This document shows, piece after piece, positions 9,716-19,211 of a stretch of 64,000 nt of DNA. This stretch comes from Candidatus Anstonellales archaeon (GTDB lineage: Archaea; Micrarchaeota; Micrarchaeia; Anstonellales; J096), in the NCBI GenBank assembly GCA_038890615.1, contig JAWAFI010000001.1:304843-368842 (forward strand), in the 5' to 3' direction. The translations under genes and the position numbers were made by a program. Under the pieces are notes generated by a model. The model had not been told where the DNA came from. It did no database searches and saw only the letters and a list, made by a program, of their open reading frames with translations. The number at the start of each line of letters is the position of its first letter. The first letter of the stretch is position 1.

Positions 9716-11677
9716 ATGAACTGGGGGCCCAAGCATCTTTTAGTGCTAGTGTTGCTTACTTTTGCTGTTATTGCGCAAGCGAACGAAACCACTTATAGAG
9801 GCACGATAGTTTTTGGCTACATCAATGCAACTGATTGCAGTGAGAATTGGGGCGGCTATTGGGGAACGGTTGACCTTTCACCCACATCAAACTTGCCTAT
9901 AATTATAGGGGTTGATGCCTGCAGCATAACCTACCTTGACCTTGATGTGAGGCCGCCTCCATGCAGCGTAGAGCCTACATTGCATATAATTGCAGTGAAC
10001 GGCAGCAACATAACAGCAGCAGGGCCGCTTGTTTACGGGGACATAAGCATACTTGACAGCTTTATAACAGGTCCTGAGTCAGGCAGCAAGACTTTTGGTG
10101 GAATTAACTATACCTTCAACCTAAGCAGCTCCTTGGGTGGGTTGGTAACAGGGCCTGCAGTATACTTGTCAAATGAGACAACAGGAACCACTTTTGTGGA
10201 AGGGTATTTCAACGACCAGAATGGCAATGTTGTTTTCGTTGTTGAGGTGCTTGACAATGAAACAGGATGGAATGGCTCAATTACAGACTTCCAGCTTATG
10301 CTTCCAAACAACAAGACAACCTGGCAGTATACTATATATGTGGATAGGAACTTCTACTGCCCGCCTTCGCCTCCTCAACCTCCTGAGAAGGATGAGCACA
10401 GGCTTTATATCCTTCCAGTGCCTATGCAGTGCACCTATCCCAATGTGCCGATAAACTTCTCAGTTGGGGTGCAGAATGTAGGGGATTACACAGAATACAA
10501 TGTCTATTTGTATGCAAGTGGGCCAAGCGCTGTCTCCATTTTGCCACAGGCCACTTATCTGGGAACAATATACATTGGAGATATCAATTGGACCAACCTT
10601 ACGCTTTCCAGCCCAACTGTAGGCAACTATACTATAGACCTCAATGCCAGCAACAGCAAGGCAAAGGCGCTTAGGGATTTTGTTTTCTGCGTGCTTCCTG
10701 CTGAAGTGAAACCTCCTGAGCCGCCGCCAAACGTAACTAACAAAACATGTGGGGAATGCGAATACTTATTCATTGACACCTGCATACCTTATGAATGCTG
10801 CAGCAATGATGACTGTTATAATGGTGTTTGCATTGACCATGCATGTTATGAGCTTGTGCTGAACCTCACGCTTGTTGATGGAGAGATTATAGAAGGGGAG
10901 AAGGGCAAGTTCCTTGTAACCGACAATTTCAATAGGATCGTGCCTGATGCGCATGTATTTACTGAGAAAGAGGACGGCTACACTGATGCTGAGGGTTTTG
11001 TGTGGATGCATTTCACCCCTATAGGGCACTTCGTTGCTGAAAAGGAAGGGTATGGGCCGGATGAAGAATGGTATTATGTAAAGATAAGGGGGTTCATAAG
11101 AATGCCTTCAGAGGCAGTTGCTTGTAGTGAAGTCAAGGGCAAGGTTGTAGACAGGCATGGCAACCCAATAGAAGGTGTAACCATATACTATGAGGGAAAG
11201 GAGATTGTTGCAGAGAAAGGGGAATTTGTAACTGTTTTTGGGAAGAGCGGTATGTGGGTTGTAAGCGGTGAAAAGCAGAAATACCTTATTGCCCCTGCTA
11301 CAATAAAGATAGGAGCTGACTGCTGCATGTGCCCAGTTGTTGTTGGAATTGGGCTGTGCGACTGGTTCGGGGTTTGGTCTGCGCTTGTGCTCCTTGCTGT
11401 GGTGCTTTTCGTTGTTTCCAAGCACAGGATGAAGAAAACTTGGCATAGGATTGTGTATGCTTTGGCGCCACTGGCTGTTGCGCTTATTGGCTACCTCTTT
11501 AATCCAAGGATTTGCGCTCTTTCATTATCGCTTCCTTGCGTAATTGCCACCCTGATGATATTTGTAATAATAGGTGAGCTTCTGTTCAGGGTTATTAGAA
11601 AAAAGGAAAAAGGGAAGGAGGCGCATAAAGGCAAGAAAGGCGCTGAAGAAGAGCCAGGCGAGGAAGGCGGGGATTAG
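9716..11677 (+). CDS. Membrane-anchored surface glycoprotein (CARDB/Ig-like, Cys-rich segment, C-terminal TM helices)
   Basis: Signal peptide, many N-x-S/T sequons, VxNxG CARDB-like motif, Pro linkers, about 3 C-terminal hydrophobic helices and a basic tail. Confidence 0.75.
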   Translation: MNWGPKHLLVLVLLTFAVIAQANETTYRGTIVFGYINATDCSENWGGYWGTVDLSPTSNLPIIIGVDACSITYLDLDVRPPPCSVEPTLHIIAVNGSNITAAGPLVYGDISILDSFITGPESGSKTFGGINYTFNLSSSLGGLVTGPAVYLSNETTGTTFVEGYFNDQNGNVVFVVEVLDNETGWNGSITDFQLMLPNNKTTWQYTIYVDRNFYCPPSPPQPPEKDEHRLYILPVPMQCTYPNVPINFSVGVQNVGDYTEYNVYLYASGPSAVSILPQATYLGTIYIGDINWTNLTLSSPTVGNYTIDLNASNSKAKALRDFVFCVLPAEVKPPEPPPNVTNKTCGECEYLFIDTCIPYECCSNDDCYNGVCIDHACYELVLNLTLVDGEIIEGEKGKFLVTDNFNRIVPDAHVFTEKEDGYTDAEGFVWMHFTPIGHFVAEKEGYGPDEEWYYVKIRGFIRMPSEAVACSEVKGKVVDRHGNPIEGVTIYYEGKEIVAEKGEFVTVFGKSGMWVVSGEKQKYLIAPATIKIGADCCMCPVVVGIGLCDWFGVWSALVLLAVVLFVVSKHRMKKTWHRIVYALAPLAVALIGYLFNPRICALSLSLPCVIATLMIFVIIGELLFRVIRKKEKGKEAHKGKKGAEEEPGEEGGD

Positions 11678-12535
11678 TTAGGTTTTGCCCCTGTATGATT
11701 TGCTAAGGTTTACGCTCCAGAAAGAAGGAAGCGCATTTGCTATGAATCCCTTATAATAATTCGAGTATATGTAGGCAAGCCCTTTCTCCTGCTTGTATTC
11801 CTCAAAACCTTCTTTTGCCTCTTCGTAGATTTCCTTTATCTTTTTCCTTTCAAAATCAAGCTGGAGCAAGGAGGGGCTCTTCAGTATTAGATAATCAACC
11901 TGCCTAAGTGTGTTTATGTCTATGTTGGCTGAGTTTTGGGTTATAAAAAGAACTGAGATGTCCTTGTGGCGTGAGATGAGAAGAAGTTCGCTCAGAAGCT
12001 TGTTGAGCTCTGACATTGAATTCCTTGATGAGAATTGTATGCCCCCTTCATCAACAAGGAGGAAAGAGTTGTTTTTTACTTCAGAAAATTTTTCTACTGG
12101 GGTTATCCAAGAAGGAAGGGAGTTTTTGGCAAAGCCCACGGTGTATAGTGGAAGCTTGGATGTTGCCCTTATATTTTCTGCAATGCGCATGCCTATTGCG
12201 CTCTTGCCTGAACCCCTTGAGCCAAGCACAAGCCCTATCATGCTTTTGCCAGAATAAAGTTTCTCTTCGAAATCGGGTAGGGAGCCGTTTGCCCTCTTAA
12301 TCTCTACAAATGGTTCTAGCTTGGCTTCTCCTTTTGGCCTTTTGCTGTGCTCGTATGCATGCCCAATCTTTCTAGCACCTGCGCTGAGAAGGGAGGAGAC
12401 CCACTTAAGCGCCAAAACCAAGCCGAAAAATAGCCATTTCAGGAGGCCCCAAAGCGTTATTGCAACCCATTTAACCAAGCCGTAAATGTATTTGAGCAGA
12501 AGGATGAGGTAATGCAAAAGCCCTTTCTTTGCCAT
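11678..12535 (-). CDS. Membrane-anchored P-loop ATPase, Zot/FtsK-HerA-like
   Basis: N-terminal hydrophobic helices, Walker A GSRGSGKS, Walker B FLLVDE, SRH...hhhITQ motif. Confidence 0.7.
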   Translation of the reverse strand: MAKKGLLHYLILLLKYIYGLVKWVAITLWGLLKWLFFGLVLALKWVSSLLSAGARKIGHAYEHSKRPKGEAKLEPFVEIKRANGSLPDFEEKLYSGKSMIGLVLGSRGSGKSAIGMRIAENIRATSKLPLYTVGFAKNSLPSWITPVEKFSEVKNNSFLLVDEGGIQFSSRNSMSELNKLLSELLLISRHKDISVLFITQNSANIDINTLRQVDYLILKSPSLLQLDFERKKIKEIYEEAKEGFEEYKQEKGLAYIYSNYYKGFIANALPSFWSVNLSKSYRGKT

Positions 12536-12611
12536 AAAAGTAAAGAGTCAAGAAAGTTAAAAACAGTATGCCAACACCGCAAGTTTTAAAAAAGATGCGC
12601 AAAGCAGTTTT

Positions 12612-12884
12612 ATGGCAAAAGTAACGCTTAAGAATGAAGGAATAACGCTAGAGATACCAGATGGGAGCAATCTGTCAATATTAGAGGGAAAATGTGGTGT
12701 CCTCTTCGCATGCAAGGCAGGCACCTGTGGTTCGTGCCTTGTTAATGTTGTCAGTGGAATGGAAAACCTGAACGAGCCTAATGAAACAGAGAAGATAGGG
12801 CTGGAGCTCTTTGCAACCAAGCCTACTCAAAGGCTTTTGTGCCAAACGATTATAAAAAGAGGAAATGTGACAATAGAGTATTAG
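12612..12884 (+). CDS. 2Fe-2S ferredoxin
   Basis: CKAGTCGSC ... RLLCQ motif. Confidence 0.9.
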   Translation: MAKVTLKNEGITLEIPDGSNLSILEGKCGVLFACKAGTCGSCLVNVVSGMENLNEPNETEKIGLELFATKPTQRLLCQTIIKRGNVTIEY

Positions 12885-12923
12885 TTTACTTTGAAACGAT
12901 CTGAGTTGAAAACCTAATAGTAA

Positions 12924-13124
12924 ATGCAGGGAGGATATCAAATCCTTGGAGGTGAACCGACTGATTTTATGAAAAGGATTAAAAAGGGGCTAGAAGGAGA
13001 CGTGTATTGTGGCACATTAAAAAATAAGTTTATTAAAAAAATGGAGAGTGAAGGGCTGGTGGTAGAATATAAAAAAGTTAATGGTGAATTGATGCTTAGT
13101 GTTAGGCAAAAAACAAAGTTTTGA
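12924..13124 (+). CDS. Small hypothetical protein
   Basis: 66-aa ORF in an operon-like position; no recognised family. Confidence 0.5.
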   Translation: MQGGYQILGGEPTDFMKRIKKGLEGDVYCGTLKNKFIKKMESEGLVVEYKKVNGELMLSVRQKTKF

Positions 13125-13125
13125 A

Positions 13126-13787
13126 ATGAACCAAAAACTTAAGCGCGCTAGTGCTGTGCTTGCGCTTAGTGCTTTAATAAACATAAGCTGTGCAACTGGA
13201 AGGGCAATAAAGAGTTTTACACTTCGTGGGTTTATAATGGGGAGCAGCCAAACACTATTTCTTTCAAGCTTTCTCCAGAAGAAAGGATGGGTTTTGGGGA
13301 AAGAGGAAGGGCTCTTAGTGAAGCAGAGGTAAAAAGCCGGGTTATGGCGAAGGTTGCTGCAATAAAAGAAGAGAAATATAGGTATACTAACCCTTATGTG
13401 CTTACTGCAGAGGAAGTGGAAAAAGCAGGTATAGGTGAGTGCATGGAGATGAGCGCAGTTGTGCTTAAGCTCTTAAGAAACTTGGGGATTGAGGCAAAGC
13501 CACTAGGCATGTATGTTAAATATGGCGTTGAAAGTTATCAGCATATGGCTGTTGTTGCGAGAATAAATGACGAGGTTTATGTAATAGATCCGAAAGAAGG
13601 TGTGTGGGCAAGGGGGATTAAAGAATATTTTGAATATTGGAAAAACACCTACAAGGATCTTGGATTTACTGGTATGAAGGTTTTCACTTTTGAAAGGGTT
13701 CCAAAGGAGCCAAAAAAAATTAGTGTTAGGAGGGAATGGAAAATTTACTCTCAAAAAGAGGAAAAAAAGCTACTACTGACGATTTGA
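13126..13787 (+). pseudogene. Transglutaminase-like (Cys-His-Asp) lipoprotein, apparently frameshifted near 13200-13212
   Basis: The frame from ATG 13126 encodes a lipoprotein-like signal (..LSALINISC). The -1 frame is open from 13170 and carries EFYTSWVYNG...GECMEMS...QHMAV...YVIDP. Confidence 0.6.
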
Positions 13788-13825
13788 TGAATTTAGATGG
13801 CTTTCTTGAAATTATGGTTGAATGA

Positions 13826-14950
13826 CTAGAAAAGCCTCTTCTGGTAGAGCACCCTGCTCCTCTTTATGTATTCGTTGATAGGCAAGGAGAGGCGCTTCTT
13901 TGCCTCTTCCAGCGCTTCGCTGAGGGTTAGGAACGAAAGAACCTTCTTTAAGGCGTTCCTTGCATTCTCGCGCACCTGCCACACCCCAACAGGAACTTTA
14001 TAGGCCTCGCCTACTTCGCGTATGACCACAACGCCTGCCTGCCTCCCTTCCTTTAATAAGTATTCTGTAACTGCAAAGCGCACTGCATAGTAGCCGCCTG
14101 CCTGCTTATCAGCGTAAGTACCTCTCCCTTGGTATGGCTCGTACTCCTCAGTTATCACTGGGCTTGTGGAAGATGGCACCCAAAGAGAGCCAGGGATATA
14201 TGCCTCAAAGTTCTCAAACTGCCATGGGGTAGGCAAGAGGATTATTGTGAAGGTGTTGTGGAGGAAGGAGGAAAAGGCGATGCTATAGGAGCTTGCCTGG
14301 GGAAACTCTTTTATCTTTTCGATGTTGCGCTTGCTTAGAATTGAGTCAACAGCTGTTATTGAGTTGCGTGTTGGAACTAGACGAGGGCTCTTGCCCAAAA
14401 GGCCTGAGCTAAGCACACGAGAAAGATAGTATATATCCTTTTCTTTTCTCTCTATTTCAAAAATGGCTTCCTTTGCAAGAAGGCGATCTTCCATGACCTC
14501 ATCCACAATAGGTGGAATGGAGGGGTTGGACTCTAACTCTATGGTCTTTATAGGGGCAGACGCTCCTATTGGGCTTATGAAAGGGGAAAATTTAGGCCTG
14601 GGCTCTGGCTTCCTCGTAAATTCAACTGAAATGTCAATTGGCTTTGAGGAAAGGGCTATCTCTTCTAACTCTGAACGCATTGAAAAACTTTTGGCAAAAA
14701 GCGAGGAGGAAAGGGCTGAAACGACCTCTGAATACTCTTTTCCAAAAAGAGAAGGTAGGGAGTAAGGGCCTGATATTGGGCCAAGTGCAAGGTTTTCTGT
14801 TACTAAGAAGTTGCCTGCAGTCAGCTGCTCTTCTTTCTTGAATTCTGCCCTCAGTTGTGTCCTTATCCTGGCTAATATTGGGCATGCCTGCGCGCCACAA
14901 AGGTGTTTTGTGCCTTTGCATATAACGCAAATGGAGCCAGGGATTTTCAT
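13826..14950 (-). CDS. nreA: Archaeal DNA repair protein NreA
   Basis: N-terminal CxxCKG...LCG...CP; RLVPTRxSITAVD; GGYYAxR; PVGVWQVRE; C-terminal PIP-like QKRLF. Confidence 0.9.
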   Translation of the reverse strand: MKIPGSICVICKGTKHLCGAQACPILARIRTQLRAEFKKEEQLTAGNFLVTENLALGPISGPYSLPSLFGKEYSEVVSALSSSLFAKSFSMRSELEEIALSSKPIDISVEFTRKPEPRPKFSPFISPIGASAPIKTIELESNPSIPPIVDEVMEDRLLAKEAIFEIERKEKDIYYLSRVLSSGLLGKSPRLVPTRNSITAVDSILSKRNIEKIKEFPQASSYSIAFSSFLHNTFTIILLPTPWQFENFEAYIPGSLWVPSSTSPVITEEYEPYQGRGTYADKQAGGYYAVRFAVTEYLLKEGRQAGVVVIREVGEAYKVPVGVWQVRENARNALKKVLSFLTLSEALEEAKKRLSLPINEYIKRSRVLYQKRLF

Positions 14951-14997
14951 GGAATAAATAGGAAAAGGTTATAAATAAAGCAAGCGAAAGTAATGCC

Positions 14998-15678
14998 ATG
15001 AAGCTTTCCCAAAACAAACAGAAAGTACCTGGCCTTAGGGAATTTATGTTCCCTCAGCATGAGGATGTGGAAGAAGTTAGGAAGTATCTGGTTTTGTTGG
15101 AAAGCAGAAAGAAAGGCGTAGGAGAGCTAGGACTGCTGGGGAAGAATGTGGATTTGAAAGTTAGGATAAATTGCTTGTTTGCTGGCGCTGTGATGAAAGC
15201 ATATGAAAAAAGCGAGGCAGGTTTTGTGAAATCGCTTGAGTGGTTGGGTAAGGAGCTGTTCTTCCTTTATACTATGTACAAAGATGTTTCTTCTTCAAGC
15301 ATTGTTATACCTGTGCCAGGTGAAGTTGGTGTTGTTTTCTCTAAGGCTCTGGCCTTCTTGCCTTTTGCAGCCTATTCTTTTTTCGGGGTTGGGGCTTCTT
15401 TGGCAGTAGAGAATATAAAATTTGCCAACCTTTCTGCTGTTAAGGGAGCCAAACTAGCCAGAAAGAGCAGTTATTTCTACAAAGAGGAGTTTGGGGAAGG
15501 GTTTGCCTTCTGGCTTTCTGCAGATGCAGCCGAATTCAGCAGAAAGCCCTCCTTGAGGGATGTCTTCATTTTTGATTGCTTTTCTGCCCTAAGCAGAGGG
15601 ATTGAAGATGGGGAGGTAATTGAAAAGGAAGCTAATGAAGAAGCGGAAAAAAACCATAAAGTTCAGCAGCCTAATTAG
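14998..15678 (+). CDS. Hypothetical protein
   Basis: 226-aa ORF with an upstream TATA (TTATAAAT); no recognised motif. Confidence 0.6.
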   Translation: MKLSQNKQKVPGLREFMFPQHEDVEEVRKYLVLLESRKKGVGELGLLGKNVDLKVRINCLFAGAVMKAYEKSEAGFVKSLEWLGKELFFLYTMYKDVSSSSIVIPVPGEVGVVFSKALAFLPFAAYSFFGVGASLAVENIKFANLSAVKGAKLARKSSYFYKEEFGEGFAFWLSADAAEFSRKPSLRDVFIFDCFSALSRGIEDGEVIEKEANEEAEKNHKVQQPN

Positions 15679-15696
15679 TTGTATCTACAGATACAA
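15679..15696. promoter_or_regulatory. Palindrome copy 1, TTGTATCT-AC-AGATACAA
   Basis: 8-bp inverted arms, just upstream of the TATA-like ATTAAAAA of the NFACT gene. Confidence 0.7.
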
Positions 15697-15730
15697 AAAA
15701 AGATTAAAAACCCATCAAGTAAATGCAAAC

Positions 15731-16420
15731 ATGGAAATAATATTAGATGTTGACAGAAACTATTATCAGAACTTGTCGGAGCTTTATGAAGAGGTCAAAA
15801 GGCAGAGGGGTGCGCTAGCGCTGCAGGAACAAACCAAGGAGAAGAAGAAGGAGGTTAAAGAGCCGGAAAAGGAGGCTGGGTGGTTTTCAAGGTTCAGGTG
15901 GGGCTTTACTGATAGCGGCTTTCTTTTTGTCGGCGGAAAGGACAGCAAGCAGAATGAGGAGATTATAAAAATGATGGAGGACAAGGATCTGCTTTTCCAT
16001 GCTGATTATTGGGGCGGCTCTATGGTCTTGCTCAAAAATGGCATAGAGGCAGGGGAAAGAGACAGGGCTGAAGCAGGAGATATAGCTGCCTCTTTCTGCA
16101 AGGCTTGGAAAGATGGGGTGCCTTTTGTTGATGTTTTTTATATAACAAAAAGGCAAATAGGCAAAGAAGGAATGAAGGCAGGCCAGATACAGATATTTGG
16201 CAAGAGGGAATGGTTAAGGAAAGTTAAGCTAGGTTATAAAATTGTTTGCAAAGAGGGGTGGGGTTGTCTTGCTGGCAAGGAAAGCAGCAGAAAAGGAGCT
16301 GTTGTTATCCAAGGAGAAAGCACGGCCCAAAAAATTAAGGAGAAAATACAGGAACGGTTGGGTTGTTTTGTGCAGGCAAAGCAGCTTCCTGAGAAAGGGA
16401 GGGTTGTTTTTGAATTTTAG
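15731..16420 (+). CDS. NFACT RNA-binding domain (DUF814) protein, truncated Rqc2/NEMF homolog
   Basis: WFSRFRW.FT..GFL.VGGKD..QNE, FHAD..GG, AASF.KAW motifs. Start taken at ATG 15731. Confidence 0.8.
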   Translation: MEIILDVDRNYYQNLSELYEEVKRQRGALALQEQTKEKKKEVKEPEKEAGWFSRFRWGFTDSGFLFVGGKDSKQNEEIIKMMEDKDLLFHADYWGGSMVLLKNGIEAGERDRAEAGDIAASFCKAWKDGVPFVDVFYITKRQIGKEGMKAGQIQIFGKREWLRKVKLGYKIVCKEGWGCLAGKESSRKGAVVIQGESTAQKIKEKIQERLGCFVQAKQLPEKGRVVFEF

Positions 16421-16500
16421 TTTGTTGTTTTGGATTTTAGGTTTTTGTGATAGGGAGGGGGGTTGTTTCCACTTTTTGGTTGGTTTTGTTTTTGCCTTTT

Positions 16501-16516
16501 TGTATCTATAGATACA
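16501..16516. promoter_or_regulatory. Palindrome copy 2, perfect TGTATCTATAGATACA, abutting TATA box TTTATAAT
   Basis: Perfect 16-bp dyad; TATA at 16517-16524; ATG at 16546. Confidence 0.8.
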
Positions 16517-16545
16517 TTTATAATATATTGTGTTGCTTCTTTATC

Positions 16546-16857
16546 ATGAAAAAAGAGAATAACAAAAGAACCATCACACCCAAAAACGAAGAAAAAGAGC
16601 TCCTTGTTTTTGTTTATGACCTTTCTGTCTCACATAAAAACGAAAAAGAGCGCAACAGAATAAAACGCAGATTTTATTACAACCTAAACAAACTAATTAA
16701 AGAAGGCCAGGGAGTTTTTATAACAGAATCGGTTTTTTCAATTTCCCCAAACATGAGGGCCCAAGTCATAGAGCTTTTTTCAGAAACAGAAGATGCTACT
16801 GCCTTTATGATAGAGGCAAAAGGAATAAAGACAATAAAATTAAAGACAATAAAATAA
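16546..16857 (+). CDS. Stand-alone Cas2/VapD-like ferredoxin-fold protein (103 aa)
   Basis: LLVFVYDLS (beta1 Tyr-Asp), basic helix ERNRIKRRFYYNL, and ITESVF resembling the Cas2 xQxSVF motif. Confidence 0.6.
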   Translation: MKKENNKRTITPKNEEKELLVFVYDLSVSHKNEKERNRIKRRFYYNLNKLIKEGQGVFITESVFSISPNMRAQVIELFSETEDATAFMIEAKGIKTIKLKTIK

Positions 16858-16858
16858 A

Positions 16859-18400
16859 TTATTTTCTGAAGAACCTCTTTTCAAGTTCTGCAAAATATAC
16901 CCCAAAAGGAAGGCCAAACTCCTCTATCAAACTTAGATTTACAAGGCCAAACACACCCATCACATCTCCCTTGGTATTTGATACAATAGCTTGCCTTCCT
17001 TGTTGGAGAAGGGCACAAGAACCCCCACTTATTTCATACTCAAGACCAAACTCATAAAGAAGGCGCTCAACAGCAGCCCTGACCTCATTCGTTTCATCAC
17101 GATGGCTGCCTATAATAATGGAAACGACCTCCCTCTCTTCACCATCCTTAAAGACTCGTTCCAGGGAGAAAAGCTTTATCGGCAGCTTCTTGGTCTTGTT
17201 CTTTTCAAGCAGCACAAGGTAAGAAACCAAAGAGGACGGCTTTACTGCATTGTAATCAGAAGCAGGATTCAATATCTCTACCTCTGACTTAAGCCCAGTC
17301 CTTTTCAAGTCGCTGTTTGAGCACAAGAAAGAGTTAAAGACCTGCGTGAAGCCCATCCCAACCATAACCTCTTTTATTTGGTCGTCCAAATCACTGGTTC
17401 TGCCCAGCATAAAAGGAAGCTTAAGCTGGTCTGCATCCAGCTTGTCAAACCCATAGCCTATCACCACATCCTCAATCAAGTCAACCTCACCCCACAAATC
17501 CACCCTATACGGCTGAGCAAACACCCTCTCTCCGTCAACATAAAAACCCATCTTCTCAAGAGCTTCAACAACCCCTTCCTGGTCTATATAGAACCCCCCA
17601 AGCTCAACAACTTTCTTTGCATCAACCTTGGCCTCCTTATATTCCAAAGAAGGCTCTTCCCTTCTATTGACAGAAACAGTATAAACATCTGCTCCGGAGT
17701 CTATAAACTCGCACGCAAGGACCCTAAGCACTTCAAGCACCGCCTTTTCAGATGTGCCGGTTACATCAACAAAGAAATCGCGCGTGCTTTCTTCAAGCCT
17801 GGTTGCCTCAGAATTTATTATTGGAGGCACAGAAATTACCTTTTCAGAATCCCTAAGAACATAAAAGATGCCACTTCCATCATAATACTTCCTGCCCTGC
17901 TCAGTGGATCCTGCCATCTGGTCCAAAGTCATCTCTAAGCTATGCCCAAGCGGCACGAACTTGTCATGTCTTTTTGCATCGTAGACCAACGGGAACTTAA
18001 CTTTGCTTAGGTCGTGTATGCCTATAGCGACCTTTCTCCTTTTCCTGCCTAAGGTGTCAGTCAGCTTCTCCTGCATCTGTATAAGCTCTACAAGATCTAT
18101 CTTGGAATTCTTAGCAACAAGGCCATATATGTATTTTCTTCCGCTTCCGACTTTGTTCTCTATGGAATATTCTCCTCTTTTGGCAACATATCTCCTCGGC
18201 TTCTCAATACCTTCATAGTTAAGGAAAGCTCTCTTCACCCCAAACCATCCAAAAAGGTCCGGCCTGTTTGGTGTAATCTCTATAACAACATCCTCCCCAT
18301 CTTCTTCAGTAGGCATTCCCATCTTGTAAAGGGTGCTCATAAAACGGTCTAGCCCAAATTCCTTGTTTATTTTGCTTTTTGAGAACCTCACAACAGCCAT
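16859..18400 (-). CDS. pheT: Phenylalanine--tRNA ligase beta subunit
   Basis: EITPNRPDL, QEKL..TLGRKRRKVAIGIHD, PPIINS, DLIEDV.IGYG motifs. Start at ATG 18400. Confidence 0.95.
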   Translation of the reverse strand: MAVVRFSKSKINKEFGLDRFMSTLYKMGMPTEEDGEDVVIEITPNRPDLFGWFGVKRAFLNYEGIEKPRRYVAKRGEYSIENKVGSGRKYIYGLVAKNSKIDLVELIQMQEKLTDTLGRKRRKVAIGIHDLSKVKFPLVYDAKRHDKFVPLGHSLEMTLDQMAGSTEQGRKYYDGSGIFYVLRDSEKVISVPPIINSEATRLEESTRDFFVDVTGTSEKAVLEVLRVLACEFIDSGADVYTVSVNRREEPSLEYKEAKVDAKKVVELGGFYIDQEGVVEALEKMGFYVDGERVFAQPYRVDLWGEVDLIEDVVIGYGFDKLDADQLKLPFMLGRTSDLDDQIKEVMVGMGFTQVFNSFLCSNSDLKRTGLKSEVEILNPASDYNAVKPSSLVSYLVLLEKNKTKKLPIKLFSLERVFKDGEEREVVSIIIGSHRDETNEVRAAVERLLYEFGLEYEISGGSCALLQQGRQAIVSNTKGDVMGVFGLVNLSLIEEFGLPFGVYFAELEKRFFRK

Positions 18401-18497
18401 ATATCTCTCTTCATTCTGTGCTTTTAAATAATTATGCAATTAACAAAGCCCCAAACAATAACACAAGGGTTTTAAAACAGCAGCACTAATTTCTTCC

Positions 18498-19211
18498 ATG
18501 GATAACGAAACCAAGACTATTGCAGCACTTGCAATAATAATCCTCTTGCTAGCATGGGCGCTTTTCCAGCTGAACAAGCCCCCATCACAACCGCTTGACC
18601 CAACCAAACCTTTCCCCCAACTCACAGTTTCAACCGGGCAGAACAAGCTTTTTGGCATAGGGCAGGTGAAAATAGTAGAAATAACCGATTACCTTTGCCC
18701 ATTCTGCAGGAGATTTGCAATTGAGACAGAGCCGAAGATAAAGGAGAAATATTCCTCCAAAGCAGAATACTTCGTGCGCTACTTCCCTGTCCACGGAGAG
18801 CCTTCTTCTATTGCTGCCAACGGAGCAATGTGCGCTGGCGATCAGGGGGCATTCTACCAGATGCACACATTGCTTTTTGAAAGGGCCCCTCAGCTCTCTT
18901 CTGATACGAGCCCAATAAAAGAAATAGGCGAAGAAATAGGTCTTGATTCGCAAGCATTAAGCCATTGCATCGACTCAAAAAAATACTATTCACAAATAAG
19001 CGCAGATGCGAAAGCAGCACAGGAATATGGGGTTACAGGCACTCCCACAATAATAGTTATAATAAGCAAGGATATGCTCTCAAAGGAGGAGGCAGCAAAG
19101 AGGGCAGCAGATTTAAACCTGAAGCTCTACGAAGATGCATCTTCCTACACCTTCGCAGTAATCGGCTATAGAGACATACAGACATTTGACCGCTTGCTTG
19201 AAGGGATATGA
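18498..19211 (+). CDS. Membrane-anchored DsbA-family thiol-disulfide oxidoreductase
   Basis: N-terminal TM, DYLCPFC, GVTGTPT. Confidence 0.9.
   Translation: MDNETKTIAALAIIILLLAWALFQLNKPPSQPLDPTKPFPQLTVSTGQNKLFGIGQVKIVEITDYLCPFCRRFAIETEPKIKEKYSSKAEYFVRYFPVHGEPSSIAANGAMCAGDQGAFYQMHTLLFERAPQLSSDTSPIKEIGEEIGLDSQALSHCIDSKKYYSQISADAKAAQEYGVTGTPTIIVIISKDMLSKEEAAKRAADLNLKLYEDASSYTFAVIGYRDIQTFDRLLEGI

Noticed and set aside
16451..16480. ORB-like element (G-string plus GTTTCCACT)
   Set aside because: Only a half-site matches, the G-string is on the wrong side relative to canonical ORBs, it is single copy, and no cdc6 is nearby.
16511..16540. dif-like XerA site
   Set aside because: It lacks the TAA-N6-TTA spacing and dyad arms, and is better explained as the TATA box.
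16447..16545. N-terminal extension of the Cas2-like ORF in the ORF track
   Set aside because: It translates the T-rich intergenic region, palindrome and TATA box; ATG 16546 fits a leaderless start.
15600..17000. CRISPR array near the Cas2-like gene
   Set aside because: No regularly spaced repeat-spacer units were seen anywhere in the window.
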